A model generated the notes under the pieces. It made no database searches. It was not told where the DNA came from and was given only the letters and a program-made list of their open reading frames with translations. From Blastocatellia bacterium (GTDB lineage: Bacteria > Acidobacteriota > Blastocatellia > UBA7656): a stretch of 64,000 nucleotides of DNA. The translations under genes and the position numbers were made by a program. Location: the NCBI GenBank assembly GCA_963765495.1, contig CAVXWP010000016.1, positions 1 to 64,000 of the forward strand, given 5' to 3'. Each line of letters begins with the position of its first letter. The first letter of the stretch is position 1. This document shows positions 46,802-57,992 of this stretch, piece by piece.

Positions 46802-48661
46802 ATGAGATTATTGGCGGCAAGCGCGCTGTGGTGGCTCTTGCTCGGCGCGGTCATAATCTTTTTCTACCTGCTCAAGCTCAAGCGCAGGCGGCAGGTTGTG
46901 TCGAGTGTACTGCTGTGGCAGCGGGCGCTTGAAGAGCTTGAAGCCAACGCGCCGTTTAGAAAACTGCGCCGCAATCTGCTACTGATTCTTCAACTGCTCA
47001 TACTGGCCGCGTTAGTCTTTGCGCTCGCGCGCCCTCTGGTTACGACAAGCGCGCTGGCTTCTGGAAACACCATAATCGTCATTGACGCGACCGCCAGCAT
47101 GAGCGCCCGCGATGAAGACGGGCGCTCGCGTCTGGAACGCGCTCAAGAGATTGCACGCGATATGATAACGGGGCTTGGCGGAAATGACCGCGCAGCCGTG
47201 ATCGAATCCGCCTCAACCGTACGGGTGCGAAGCCCGCTCACCGCAGACCGCGCCGCGCTTCGAACAGCCATCGACGAAGTCCGGCAAACCGATACGGCGG
47301 GCACGCTCGCCGTAGCAATACTTCTCGCCGAACAGATCGCAAAGACCGAGCGCGATGCCGGGATTGTAGTGATCGGCGACGGAGGCGGGGCCCCACTTGC
47401 TTCGGAACCACCTGTTCATACGGAATCGCCTCTTGCCGCCCCGCCTCAAACCGCGAGCCCGTCTCTCAGGTTTATCCGCGTAGGCCGCCGCGCCGATAAC
47501 GTAGGAATCGTCACCCTGAACTCTCGCCCGATTCAATCGGGCACAGGCCGAGAGATGTTTGCTTCGATTGCAAACTTCAGCGACCGCGAGCAACACCTGG
47601 AAGCTCAACTGAGGATCGAGGGAAATCTGGTTGACGCCCGCACACTGACCATAGACGCAGCCGAACGCAGTGGATTGATTTTCGATGCGCTTCCCGAGAC
47701 GGGCGGGCTTGCGGAACTGAGACTTGTCATAAACGACGACCTTGCCGCAGATAACCTTGCTTATACTTTCCTGCCCGACGCCCGCCCCCTGCGCGTAGGC
47801 GTGACGAGCGATAATCCTTTCTTGCTTCGGGCTCTGGCTGTAAACCCTGACTTCGATGTTCATCGTATCAATCCGGGCGCATCCATCGCCGATTACGATT
47901 GCATAGTGAGCGAAGGCCCAATCGAAGCCGGACTGATCGAAAGCAATCGCCCTGTGCTTGCGATCAACCCTTCCGACATCCCGGGGTTGTGGCAGTCGGC
48001 TGGCGAGCGCGAGCATCCTGACATCACCGGCGTAGACCGTTCCCACCCGCTCAACAGCTATTTGAACTACGGCGACCTCCATATAGAAAGCGCAACGCGA
48101 CGCGAGGTGGCCCCGTGGCTGCGGCCCGTTGTGAGCGGCGCGGGTGAAGGATTGATATGGGCAGGCGAAAACGGGCAACGCCGCTTTGTGCTGATCGGAT
48201 TCGATCTGGCAAAAAGCGACCTGCCGCTCAAGGTAGAATTCCCCATACTGCTTGCCAACAGCGTAGCATGGCTTACCGGGCGCGATCAGTCGTCAGATGA
48301 GCGAACCGTGCGCGCAGGTCAGCCGATGATTATCCCGGCGGCCGAGAGCGCCGCGATCATAACTACGCCTTCGGGTGATGAGAAAGAGATAGAGGCGCGC
48401 GACGGCTCAATCGTTTTTGCAGAGACCCGGCAAACGGGCATCTATAAAGTAAAAGACAGGCCACCGTTTGCGGTCAATCTGCTGAGCGAATCGGAATCCG
48501 ATACGACGCCGCGCGATTCGATCCGTACTCGCCGAGGAGAGACAAGCGGGCAGGCCGAAACCTTTAGCGCGGAGCGGGAAATCTGGCGATGGGTCGCCCT
48601 TGCCGCCCTATTTATATTGGCCCTTGAATGGTGGGTCTATCACAGGAGGATAACCGTCTAG
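46802..48661 (+). CDS. BatA/vWA domain membrane protein
   Basis: N-terminal double-TM, DATASMS MIDAS, C-terminal LEWW. Confidence 0.9.
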   Translation: MRLLAASALWWLLLGAVIIFFYLLKLKRRRQVVSSVLLWQRALEELEANAPFRKLRRNLLLILQLLILAALVFALARPLVTTSALASGNTIIVIDATASMSARDEDGRSRLERAQEIARDMITGLGGNDRAAVIESASTVRVRSPLTADRAALRTAIDEVRQTDTAGTLAVAILLAEQIAKTERDAGIVVIGDGGGAPLASEPPVHTESPLAAPPQTASPSLRFIRVGRRADNVGIVTLNSRPIQSGTGREMFASIANFSDREQHLEAQLRIEGNLVDARTLTIDAAERSGLIFDALPETGGLAELRLVINDDLAADNLAYTFLPDARPLRVGVTSDNPFLLRALAVNPDFDVHRINPGASIADYDCIVSEGPIEAGLIESNRPVLAINPSDIPGLWQSAGEREHPDITGVDRSHPLNSYLNYGDLHIESATRREVAPWLRPVVSGAGEGLIWAGENGQRRFVLIGFDLAKSDLPLKVEFPILLANSVAWLTGRDQSSDERTVRAGQPMIIPAAESAAIITTPSGDEKEIEARDGSIVFAETRQTGIYKVKDRPPFAVNLLSESESDTTPRDSIRTRRGETSGQAETFSAEREIWRWVALAALFILALEWWVYHRRITV

Positions 48662-48729
48662 GAGTCGAGGGCAAGGGGTCGGTTAGACCTCGCATCACCC
48701 AGCCCCCGGCCTCCGGCCCCCGGCCCCCA

Positions 48730-51663
48730 ATGAAGATTGAATTCACAAACCCTGTCGCGCTCGTTCTGCTGGGGCTTATCCCGGTGGCGCTCTACTTTGC
48801 GCGTCACAGCCTGGCCAACCTCGCGCGGGCGCGGGCGCGAGCAAGCCTGCTCGCTCGCGTTGTCCTGTTGTTGATGATTGTGCTTGCGCTTGCGGGAATA
48901 AGAGTCAGGACCGCCTCGCGCGATCTGGCTCTGATATTTGTCGTAGACGTTTCGGCAAGCGTGGCTCTGGATGCAGCGGGCACACAGGGCGATCAATCAA
49001 TCATTTTCGATTTCATAAACGGCGAGATAGCGCGCGCCGCGCCGCGAGATTACATTGGGGTGATAGCCTTTGGGCGCGAGGCTTCGGTTGAGCTTGCGCC
49101 CACGCGAAAAGAATCGCTCGGCGCTTGGCGAATTAAAGAAATAAATTCCGATCCGCCACGCGACTACACCGACATCGCGGGCGCGCTCCGGCTCGCCGCC
49201 GCGCTCGTGCCCGAAACCGCCGTCGGCAGGATCGTTCTCGTCTCTGACGGAAATGAAAATCTTGAGAGCGCCGCCGAACAGGCGCAGTTGCTTAGAAGCG
49301 CTGGCATAGAGGTTTACACCCGCGCAATCGGAACCGTGAATGATCCCGAACGCACGAGGGGAGAGATAGCCGTCCGCGACCTCGTAGCGCCTGAGATGGC
49401 AGCCGAGGGCGAAGCCTTCGATTTGAAAGTCATCGTTGACAGCACTCGCGATACGGACGCGGTGCTTCGCATTTTTCGCAACGACTCGCTCGTGGCCGAG
49501 CGAAGCGTTCATCTGGCGGCTGCGGGCGAAAACCTTTTTCTCTTGCCGCAGAGAAACGACGAGCGGGGCTTTTACACCTATCGCGCAGAGATAGAGGCGC
49601 TTCAATCGGACGGGTTCAAACAGAACAATTCTCGCGAGGCGTTTTCGATGGTCGAAGGCCGCCCGAAAACGCTCTACCTTTACGGAGACGCGCAGCCGTC
49701 GGCAGCCGTCGCTCGCGTGCTTGCCGACGGCAACTTCGCCGCCGATATTCGCCCGGGTTCGGCTGCCCCGACGACGCTCGCAGGATTTCAAAACTACGAC
49801 CTGGTGATATTCGATAACGTACCGGCATCCGATTTCACAACCGACCAGATGAAGATGGTTCAATCCTATGTAAAGGACCTGGGCGGCGGTTTTATCATGA
49901 TAGGCGGGGATCAAAGCTTCGGCCCCGGCGGCTATTACGAGACTCCCATCGAAGAGACCCTGCCCGTATCGCTCGACGTTCGGCAGAAGAAACATTTTCC
50001 GAGCCTGGCTATGGCGCTCGTCATTGATCGTTCAGGCTCGATGGCAGGCCCCAAGCTGCAACTGGCCGTGGAAGCCGCTTCCGCGACAGTCGACTTCCTT
50101 TCAGAACGCGACTCGGTCGGCGTGATTGCCTTTGACGATCAGCCTCAACCGGTCGTTGAACTCACTCACGTAGAAGACAAAAAAGCGATCATAAAAAAGA
50201 TCACAGAGATTCAGGTGGGCGGCGGGACGAATATGTATCCGGGTCTGCAAACGGCTTACGAGTGGCTGGTGTCAAGCGATGCGCAGATAAAGCACATCCT
50301 GGTTCTTTCCGACGGACAGAGCGAGCGAGGCGATTTCGCCGGAATCGCTCGCGCCGTGAGCGAAGCGGGTATGACGCTTTCTACCGTCGCCATCGGAGAC
50401 GACGCCGATATTCGATTGATGAAGCTTCTGGCAGATGTCGGACAGGGGCGCTTTTACGCTACCGACAGGGCAGATAATCTGCCGCGCATCTTTACCCGCG
50501 AAGCTTTTCTTGCGTCGCGTTCCACGATCATCGAAGAGCCGTTTACGCCGCGTCTGGTAAGGCCGACGCAGGCGACCGAGGGGCTCGATTGGAACACCGC
50601 GCCGCAACTGAACGGATACGTTGGAACAGCCGAGCGCGATTCCGCCACCTCGCCCGCGATCACTTCGCTGGTGTCGGATAAAGACGACCCGGTTTATGCG
50701 GTGTGGCAATACGGGCTGGGCAGGGCGGCGGCTTTTACTTCGGATGCGAAGGGGCGCTGGGCCGCAGGCTGGATGAACTGGCCCGGCTTCGGGCAGTTCT
50801 GGGCACAGGCGTTGCGCGATACGCTCAGACGCGAAGGCGCTACTGATTTGACCCCGCGAGTCGAGATCAATCAGGGCCGGGGACACGTCACGGTCGAAGC
50901 CCTCTCACCGGATGGAAGTTTTAAGAACAACCTGCGGCTTGGCGCTCACATAGTCGCGCCCGATTTTTCCTCAAGCGATATAAAGCTCGAACAGACGGCG
51001 GCGGGCCTTTACGAAGGCGAGTTCGCGGCTACCGCGCGCGGAGCTTATCTTGTGAGCGTGGTCGAAGAGAACGGCCGTCCCGCGCCCGTCACCGGGTCGG
51101 TCAATTCCTATTCGCCCGAATTCAGCATTACATCCTCGGACGTGAGTCTGCTTGCGCGAGTCAGCGAGGCGACAGGCGGAAGCGTCATTTCAGCAGATGC
51201 GAGCGGGTTGAATCTGTTTGAGCGCCACGCGGAAAAGACCCGGCCTCACGAAATCTGGGAGTCTCTGATACTCGCGGCTTTGTTGCTGCTTCCCGTAGAC
51301 ATAGGAATTCGCCGCCTCAACATTACACGCGAGCAAATCCTGAACGCGCGTTACCGTATCGAGTCAAAGTTTCGCAGGGCAACCCCCGAACCGCTTGAAG
51401 CCGAAGCCGGGGCTTCGCTCGCACAGTTGAAGGATGCGCGAGCGCGGGTGCGGCTTGGCAACTCGGATACGGGCCAGCCTGATGTAAAACTGACTCCTGT
51501 CGAGAAATCAGCGAGCCCGGCATTGATTTCTGTTAATAGGGTGAGCCGGGATGTATTGCAAGGGGATGTGGCGCAGGAAAATAAACCGCCGACAGATACG
51601 GCCGAAGCGCAACCGCTTGCCTCTCGATTGCTCGATGCAAAGCGAAAGAAGCGCGATCTCTGA
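48730..51663 (+). CDS. vWA + GATase1-like domain membrane protein
   Basis: DVSASV and DRSGSM MIDAS motifs; GGGFIMIGGDQSFGPGGY; WQYGLGR. Confidence 0.9.
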   Translation: MKIEFTNPVALVLLGLIPVALYFARHSLANLARARARASLLARVVLLLMIVLALAGIRVRTASRDLALIFVVDVSASVALDAAGTQGDQSIIFDFINGEIARAAPRDYIGVIAFGREASVELAPTRKESLGAWRIKEINSDPPRDYTDIAGALRLAAALVPETAVGRIVLVSDGNENLESAAEQAQLLRSAGIEVYTRAIGTVNDPERTRGEIAVRDLVAPEMAAEGEAFDLKVIVDSTRDTDAVLRIFRNDSLVAERSVHLAAAGENLFLLPQRNDERGFYTYRAEIEALQSDGFKQNNSREAFSMVEGRPKTLYLYGDAQPSAAVARVLADGNFAADIRPGSAAPTTLAGFQNYDLVIFDNVPASDFTTDQMKMVQSYVKDLGGGFIMIGGDQSFGPGGYYETPIEETLPVSLDVRQKKHFPSLAMALVIDRSGSMAGPKLQLAVEAASATVDFLSERDSVGVIAFDDQPQPVVELTHVEDKKAIIKKITEIQVGGGTNMYPGLQTAYEWLVSSDAQIKHILVLSDGQSERGDFAGIARAVSEAGMTLSTVAIGDDADIRLMKLLADVGQGRFYATDRADNLPRIFTREAFLASRSTIIEEPFTPRLVRPTQATEGLDWNTAPQLNGYVGTAERDSATSPAITSLVSDKDDPVYAVWQYGLGRAAAFTSDAKGRWAAGWMNWPGFGQFWAQALRDTLRREGATDLTPRVEINQGRGHVTVEALSPDGSFKNNLRLGAHIVAPDFSSSDIKLEQTAAGLYEGEFAATARGAYLVSVVEENGRPAPVTGSVNSYSPEFSITSSDVSLLARVSEATGGSVISADASGLNLFERHAEKTRPHEIWESLILAALLLLPVDIGIRRLNITREQILNARYRIESKFRRATPEPLEAEAGASLAQLKDARARVRLGNSDTGQPDVKLTPVEKSASPALISVNRVSRDVLQGDVAQENKPPTDTAEAQPLASRLLDAKRKKRDL

Positions 51664-51842
51664 TGGCTCCTAAATCACTCCGCAAGAGATTGGTACAAAT
51701 GAGTGTGAATGGAATGCATCCCGGCCTATTTCTGATTACCATACTTTGGAGTTTCGTTTGTACCAATTTTTTGCATTCCGATTTAGGGGTTCACAACGAT
51801 ACAAGGGTCGGCGAATCCTTTGAGCATCCCGATCCTCTGGAC

Positions 51843-53834
51843 TCATCCAAACTCGCGCTGGTAGCCCTCCCAGAGTGTCTTCACCTCTGCCATGAATTGA
51901 ATAAACGCCCGGTCCTTGCGGATAGTGTCAAGGAAGGGATCCCGCGCAAACAGCGGGTAGCAGGGGAAGCCTTCCTTGACCGTCACCCGCAGCCACTTCA
52001 CGGCCTCTTTGCTTTTGTCCCCCAGCGCGTAGACGCGGGCCAGATTGTAAGTGCCGTGATGATATCCACGGTTTCTCTGGATCTTCTCCAGAATCGAAGG
52101 GATTGCCGCTTCCGCCTCCCGGTGCTTCCCCTCCAAAGCCAGTAACAATACTCGATATTCAAACTGCCGGATCGAGCCAGGGTCCTTTTTATACTCCTGC
52201 TCGACCAGCGGCGCGGCCTCATTCACCTCTCTCTTTTCAAGAAAATATCTGAGATCGGGACCGCGATTGAACAATCTTTTGCTCGCTTCTAAACCTTCAT
52301 CGGGTCTGGCCGATAGAAAGAACTCTTCGACATAAGTGCTCTTGATCTGGTCATTATTTGGATCTATCTTGAGGGCGATCTCGAACTGTTCATCCGCTTT
52401 TTTTTCAAGACCGATGTGGGAATAGAGGTCCATCAGTTCCAGGTGGCCCGCATTCGAATCAAGCTGTTGTGTCAAACGCGCTTCACGCATCGCTGTTTCA
52501 ACCTGCCATCCTGAGTACTGGCTAAACTCGATAAAATAACGCGCCGTGTGCACTTCAGCCAGTTGCGGGTCGAGTCTTTCCGCGATGTCAAGCTCCTGTC
52601 TGGCCCGTTCGATCAGGGCAGGATTATCTTCCAGAAACACGGCTGTTCGAACATAGGCATTTCCAAGCTGCGCGTGAGCCAGCGCATATCCCGGGTCCAG
52701 ATCAATCGCTTTCTTGAACAGATCAATCGCCAGGACGGACTCTGGTTGGGTTTTAATATTGGGACTGATATTACCGAAATGATACATGGCCTTTGTGTAA
52801 CAGGTATAGGCTTCCGACTTCGAGGTGTAGCGTTTTGCGAGTTGGGCCTGTTCGGTCGGGCTTAGCTCGATTCGCAGGTGTTCAGCCACTTGCTGTGAAA
52901 TCGAATCTTGAAGCGCGAATATGCTTGCGCATTCATTTTCGCATTTGTCCGCCCATATAAGCGATCCGTCGCTCACTCTCCATAAACGCCCGGTGACTCG
53001 AACCTGTTTAGCCCCGTCCCATTGAATGCTCCCTTCGAGGATCGCATCCACTCCCAGTTCGCGCCCGGCGGCAATCGGGTCCTGATCGAGCGTGTTGTAC
53101 TTGCGCACCGCACCTATCGGTCGCACCGTAATCTCTCTTATACCGGCTAACTTGGTTATCAGCGTGTCAGCCATGCCCATCTCAAGCGACTCATCCCGGG
53201 TGTCTGCCACAAGCGGCTTGAACGGCAGAACGGCTATTGATCTAATCGGTGTCCCAGCCCCGACCTGCTTTGTCTTTCCGGTCAAGGAATATAAAAGCGC
53301 AGCTACTGCAACCAGCAAGACCAAAGAAACCAACAGGATTGCAATCGGTCTAAGCCTGCTCGGCTGAACTCCTGCGCCGCTTGCGCTGAGTAAGTGCCTT
53401 CGGAGAGATTGTTCGGCTTCGCCCTGTCCGTCTGTCAGTTCCTCTTCTTCGGTGATGATTCGTGACCGGGTATGCTTTTCTAATATCAGAGCGGCACCGT
53501 CATTATGCAGTTGTCTCACGGATGCGACGAATCGGTAGCCGTGCTTTGGGATGGTCTCTATGTATTGCTGCCCGCCGGAGTCTTCGCTCAGCGTACGCCT
53601 CAGCTTGAATATGTTTTGCGCGATTGTGGATTCCTCGACTACCGTATCCGGCCAGACCCTTCGCATCAAGTCATCTTTCTCGACCATGTGACCGGAGTTC
53701 TCAACGAGCATTAACAATGTATCGAAGGCTTTGTTTGTGAGCGGCAAAGACACGCCGTCGCGCAACAACATACGCTCGGCCGTATCAAGCCGGAAGGGGC
53801 CGAATTCGTATAAGTTGTTGGCTTGCTGGCTCAT
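51843..53834 (-). CDS. winged-HTH/TM/TolB-like/TPR regulator (CadC-like)
   Basis: YEFGPF, IETIPKHGYRF, TM, SIAVLPF, TPRs. Confidence 0.92.
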   Translation of the reverse strand: MSQQANNLYEFGPFRLDTAERMLLRDGVSLPLTNKAFDTLLMLVENSGHMVEKDDLMRRVWPDTVVEESTIAQNIFKLRRTLSEDSGGQQYIETIPKHGYRFVASVRQLHNDGAALILEKHTRSRIITEEEELTDGQGEAEQSLRRHLLSASGAGVQPSRLRPIAILLVSLVLLVAVAALLYSLTGKTKQVGAGTPIRSIAVLPFKPLVADTRDESLEMGMADTLITKLAGIREITVRPIGAVRKYNTLDQDPIAAGRELGVDAILEGSIQWDGAKQVRVTGRLWRVSDGSLIWADKCENECASIFALQDSISQQVAEHLRIELSPTEQAQLAKRYTSKSEAYTCYTKAMYHFGNISPNIKTQPESVLAIDLFKKAIDLDPGYALAHAQLGNAYVRTAVFLEDNPALIERARQELDIAERLDPQLAEVHTARYFIEFSQYSGWQVETAMREARLTQQLDSNAGHLELMDLYSHIGLEKKADEQFEIALKIDPNNDQIKSTYVEEFFLSARPDEGLEASKRLFNRGPDLRYFLEKREVNEAAPLVEQEYKKDPGSIRQFEYRVLLLALEGKHREAEAAIPSILEKIQRNRGYHHGTYNLARVYALGDKSKEAVKWLRVTVKEGFPCYPLFARDPFLDTIRKDRAFIQFMAEVKTLWEGYQREFG

Positions 53835-54065
53835 AACTTCAGTAAAGAAGTTTTAAAAAAAATGTAAAAGCGCTTTCAAGACTTCCAAACCGCTTTTGGG
53901 CTATTGTCTGCTGCCAGGTGAGGCGGAAAAGCACAGGTGGTTCAAAAGCCCTGACGCCGCGCTCATTCTATCACAACAGCGGTCGGCAGTCAGTGGTCAC
54001 GTGCCGGATGGCATTAGCGCGCAAAGCGCCGACGCCTGACCTTCGCCGCCGCCCTCGGAGGAGAT

Positions 54066-54326
54066 GTGAGAAGAGAGATCACTATAGAGACCGACGAAAT
54101 CTGGCTGATCAGGCGTCCCGGTGGATCGGTCATTGCCTGGTGCGAGGAATGCGGACGACAGGTCGGCATGATAAGCCCCGAAGAGGCGGTCGTCCTTGCC
54201 GGTTCAAGCGTGCGCTCAATCTATCGATGGGTAGAGGCGGGGCTGATTCATTACACAGAGATTCCCGGCGGATTCTTGCTGGTCTGCGCCAATTCGATAG
54301 CGGGCCTTCGGGCAAAGTCAGGCTGA
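54066..54326 (+). CDS. small HTH/Zn-ribbon-like hypothetical protein
   Basis: GGAGG RBS, GTG start, WCEEC, RSIYRWVEAG and LVCANS. Confidence 0.7.
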   Translation: MRREITIETDEIWLIRRPGGSVIAWCEECGRQVGMISPEEAVVLAGSSVRSIYRWVEAGLIHYTEIPGGFLLVCANSIAGLRAKSG

Positions 54327-54362
54327 TCTGCCTGCCCTTTATTCATAGAGTGAGGTGAGAAG

Positions 54363-57300
54363 ATGAAGAAATCCAGGATTTTACTAACTCCGTTATTGGA
54401 GCCGAAGAAGGGGCGACGGGCGGCGCGCTCGGGCAAAATCTTCCCGCGCTTTGTGCTCGTTGTGATCGTGGTCGCTATCGGTGTCTTTCTCTCAAGCCAG
54501 ACATCATCGGCGCACATTGGCAGTCTCATCCCAAACCAGTGGACGGCGGGCGGTCCCGCTTTCACTCTCAGAATACTGGGCACGGATTTCGATGAATCGG
54601 ATACGGGCCACCTATTCTTTAACGGCGCGCGTATTGCCGCCAGGCTCATCAGCAGCGAGGAGCTACAGGCAACGATCCCTGCAAATCTGGTCGCAAGCCC
54701 CGGCATGGCCGTTGTGCAGCTTGAAGATTTCAATGCCGTGAGTTTCATGATCAACCCTCCCCCGACTATCATCACCGATTCCCCCCTGCCAATTGGCGTG
54801 GTCGGCCTTCCTTACTCGCAGACGCTTGCGAGCGCAGGAGGGAGCGCGCCCTTAACGTGGTCGGTCTCGACACTTCCTCAGGGGTTGAATCTGGATGCGA
54901 GCACGGGCGTTCTCAGCGGCACGCCGGAGGCCGATGGAACCTTTGCATCAATTACCGTGCGAGTGACCGATGCTGTCGGTGTGATGGCGAGCAAAATTTT
55001 TTCTCTGACCATAGGGCCCGTCGGATCATGTTTATATACCATCTCACCGAAGACCGAGATAATCCCGAGCACGGGCGGCACCGGCCTGATTTCAATCACA
55101 GCTCCGCCAAACTGCACGTGGAGCGCAGAGGTTGATACTGTCAGCAAATATTTCATCAGTCTTACCTCCGCTGCCAGCGGCTCGGGCAACGGGACCTTGA
55201 GCTACTCCGTTTCACCAATAGCGAATGGCTCGCGATCTGGAAGTATCGAGATTCGTCGCGGACCTTCTATTATAGACCCGATTGAGGGGGTAGTTACGGT
55301 GAAACAGGAAGGCTCTGTCTGCCCCACTTCGGCTTACAGCATTTCGCCAGCGGGAGCGGCGTATGAATCTGGAGATGGCACGGGCAGTTTTGAAGTCACC
55401 GCGCCTGACGACTGCAAATGGACGGCAAGCACGAACGCGCCATGGATAACGATTGATTCGTTAAGTTTGGAGCCAGAGATGGGAAACGGGGAGGTTTTGT
55501 ACTCGGTCAGCAAGAATAATGGATTTTGGCGCGGTGCGAGTATCAGCGTCGCCGGGCAGGCTTTCGCAGTCTATCAGGACTCAGAGAGTTGTCCGATAAA
55601 ATTCTTCTGTCTCATCTTTCCAGCCGTCTGTGGGGTGCATGCAAACGACGCCCTGACGGTTTCGCGCCGTTTTCGTGATGATGTGCTGTCTCGCTCACCG
55701 CGTGGCCGACATTACACCCGGTTATATTACGAATTCTCATCCGAAGCCGTGCAGATGATGATGCTTCATCCGATGCTGATTCTGCGCTCGCGCGAAATGT
55801 TCGCGCGCTATATGCCGGTCGTTGAAGCGATGGTAAAAGGCGAACAGCCGACGCTCAGCGAAGGCGACCTCACCGAGATTGATGATTTTCTGAATGCCCT
55901 GGCCGCCGACGGTAGCCCGCTCTTGCACGACGCCGTCAAGACGCTGCGCGAAGACCTGCGCGACCCGAGCGTGCAGGCCGAGTTCGGCATCACCGTGACG
56001 GCCGGGCCGCGCCGCGAGTCGCCCGCGCAAAGCCGGTTGCCGCAACTCAAGCAAGTCGGCCCCCTGCTCCCGCCACTGGGCTTGTTCATCGTCTTCGCCG
56101 TCCGTCGCAGGCTGCATCGCTCGCTTGTTGCAACACGCCCCGCCACACGCCCTGCCGCGTCCCTCTTCAAGCGCCCCTTCGGCCTCGCGATGGCGCTTTT
56201 ACTCGTAGGCTCGGGGTCGGCAATCAGCGGCCAGTCGTCAGCCACCAGCCCTACGCCTCCGTTCGGTCAGGATCAATCCACACCGACAACGACCGTTGCC
56301 GGAAAAAGAGCGGCGAATCACAAAGCCTTTGAATCCGAGAGCCGTGAATCTCACAAACCACAACCGCTCGCCATCAACCCCGCGTTGAACTTTTCGACTT
56401 ATTTCGGCGGCGGCGGCACGGATGAAGGAAACAGCATCGCCGTGGATGGCGGGGGCAACATTTACGTAACCGGCTTCACCGATTCACTCAACTTTCCCGT
56501 TGCCGCCGCCGCGCAGCCCGGTTTCGGCGGCGGTCAACAGGATGCTTTCGTCGTCAAGCTGAACCCGACAGGCACGAGGGTCATCTACGCGACGTATCTC
56601 GGCGGCGGCGGCCAGGATAACGGCACGGCCATTGCCGTGGACGGCGACGGCAATGCTTATGTCACCGGTTACACCGATTCGAGCGATTTCCCGGTGCGCA
56701 ACGCTCTGCAACCGACCAGAGCCGGTGCCTTCAACGCCTATGTAGTCAAGCTAAACCCCACAGGTTCAATCGTGTATTCAACGCTGCTCGGCGGCAGTCT
56801 CGGCGATTACGGCAGCAGCATAGCAGTTGATAAAGCCGGCAGCGTTTATGTAGCGGGCATCGCCACGTCGCCCGATTTCCCACTCCGCAACGCCGCGCAG
56901 TCGGCCTTCGGCGGTCTGGCCGACGTGTTCGTCACAAAGCTGAACGCGGCGGGCACGCGGCTCGTCTACTCCACCTATCTTGGCGGCGCGGGCACGGATG
57001 CGGCCACAAGCATCGCGGTTGACGCGGCGGGTAGCGTTTACCTCACGGGGCTGACGACCTCTCCAAACTTCCCAACAGCGAATGCGCCGCAGGCGACACA
57101 CGGCGGCGGGTTATTCGACGCCTTTGTGACGAAGCTGAACGCGGCGGGCGCGCAGGTCGTCTATTCCACATACCTTGGCGGCAGCGGTGTTGATCGCGCG
57201 TTTCGCATCGCCGTCAATGGTGCGGGCAACGCTTACGTGACCGGCGATACCGACTCGACCGATTTCCCAGCCATCGGTGCGGCGCAAGCTGTGACGGGCG

Positions 57301-57980
57301 GCAGCGCTGATGTCTTCGTGTCGAAGCTAAACGCAACAGGGACAGCCCTCGATTATTCGACCTATCTCGGTGGCAGCGAGATTGATGGCGGAACAGGGAT
57401 CGCGGTTGACACGGCGGGCAACGCCACCGTCACGGGATTCACGGCATCGGTCAATTTCCCGCTCGCATCAGCAGCGCAACCCTTCTTCAGCGGCGGTTAT
57501 GACGGCTTCGTGGCGCGGCTCAACGCGACAGGGGCGACGCTGGAATACGCGGCATACCTCGGCGGCAGTGGCATGGATTCCGCCTTCGCCGTGGCGATAG
57601 ACGCTACGGGGAAGGCTTATGTGATGGGTGTGACGGGTTCGCTTGACTTCCCAATCAGTTTACCTTTGCAAATGGAGTTCGGCGGGGGGATTTCCGATAT
57701 ATTCGTTGCAAAGCTCAAATCACCCGATCCCGCGATCACCGGAGCCGAGATATCAGGCAAGAATCTGCTCGTGTCCGGCAGCGGTTTCGATAAAAACGCG
57801 AAGATTCTCATTGACGGCCAGGAGCAAAAAACCAAAAACGACAAGACGAATCCATCGGGCACCCTGATTGGGAAAAAGGCCGGCAAGAAGATCGCACCCG
57901 GCCAGAGCGTAACCTTACAGGTCAGAAACCCGGACGGCTCGCTCTCAAATCAAATTCCCTTTACACGACCTGTCGGTTAA
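54363..57980 (+). CDS. large surface protein: IPT, putative Ig, two BACON-like, CFI-box-like, SBBP propeller repeats, C-terminal Ig
   Basis: LPQGLNLDASTGVLSGTP; C.W.A....W units; seven YSTYLGG..D....IAVD..G..YVTG repeats. Confidence 0.88.
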   Translation: MKKSRILLTPLLEPKKGRRAARSGKIFPRFVLVVIVVAIGVFLSSQTSSAHIGSLIPNQWTAGGPAFTLRILGTDFDESDTGHLFFNGARIAARLISSEELQATIPANLVASPGMAVVQLEDFNAVSFMINPPPTIITDSPLPIGVVGLPYSQTLASAGGSAPLTWSVSTLPQGLNLDASTGVLSGTPEADGTFASITVRVTDAVGVMASKIFSLTIGPVGSCLYTISPKTEIIPSTGGTGLISITAPPNCTWSAEVDTVSKYFISLTSAASGSGNGTLSYSVSPIANGSRSGSIEIRRGPSIIDPIEGVVTVKQEGSVCPTSAYSISPAGAAYESGDGTGSFEVTAPDDCKWTASTNAPWITIDSLSLEPEMGNGEVLYSVSKNNGFWRGASISVAGQAFAVYQDSESCPIKFFCLIFPAVCGVHANDALTVSRRFRDDVLSRSPRGRHYTRLYYEFSSEAVQMMMLHPMLILRSREMFARYMPVVEAMVKGEQPTLSEGDLTEIDDFLNALAADGSPLLHDAVKTLREDLRDPSVQAEFGITVTAGPRRESPAQSRLPQLKQVGPLLPPLGLFIVFAVRRRLHRSLVATRPATRPAASLFKRPFGLAMALLLVGSGSAISGQSSATSPTPPFGQDQSTPTTTVAGKRAANHKAFESESRESHKPQPLAINPALNFSTYFGGGGTDEGNSIAVDGGGNIYVTGFTDSLNFPVAAAAQPGFGGGQQDAFVVKLNPTGTRVIYATYLGGGGQDNGTAIAVDGDGNAYVTGYTDSSDFPVRNALQPTRAGAFNAYVVKLNPTGSIVYSTLLGGSLGDYGSSIAVDKAGSVYVAGIATSPDFPLRNAAQSAFGGLADVFVTKLNAAGTRLVYSTYLGGAGTDAATSIAVDAAGSVYLTGLTTSPNFPTANAPQATHGGGLFDAFVTKLNAAGAQVVYSTYLGGSGVDRAFRIAVNGAGNAYVTGDTDSTDFPAIGAAQAVTGGSADVFVSKLNATGTALDYSTYLGGSEIDGGTGIAVDTAGNATVTGFTASVNFPLASAAQPFFSGGYDGFVARLNATGATLEYAAYLGGSGMDSAFAVAIDATGKAYVMGVTGSLDFPISLPLQMEFGGGISDIFVAKLKSPDPAITGAEISGKNLLVSGSGFDKNAKILIDGQEQKTKNDKTNPSGTLIGKKAGKKIAPGQSVTLQVRNPDGSLSNQIPFTRPVG

Positions 57981-57992
57981 TTCTCAGGAAAC

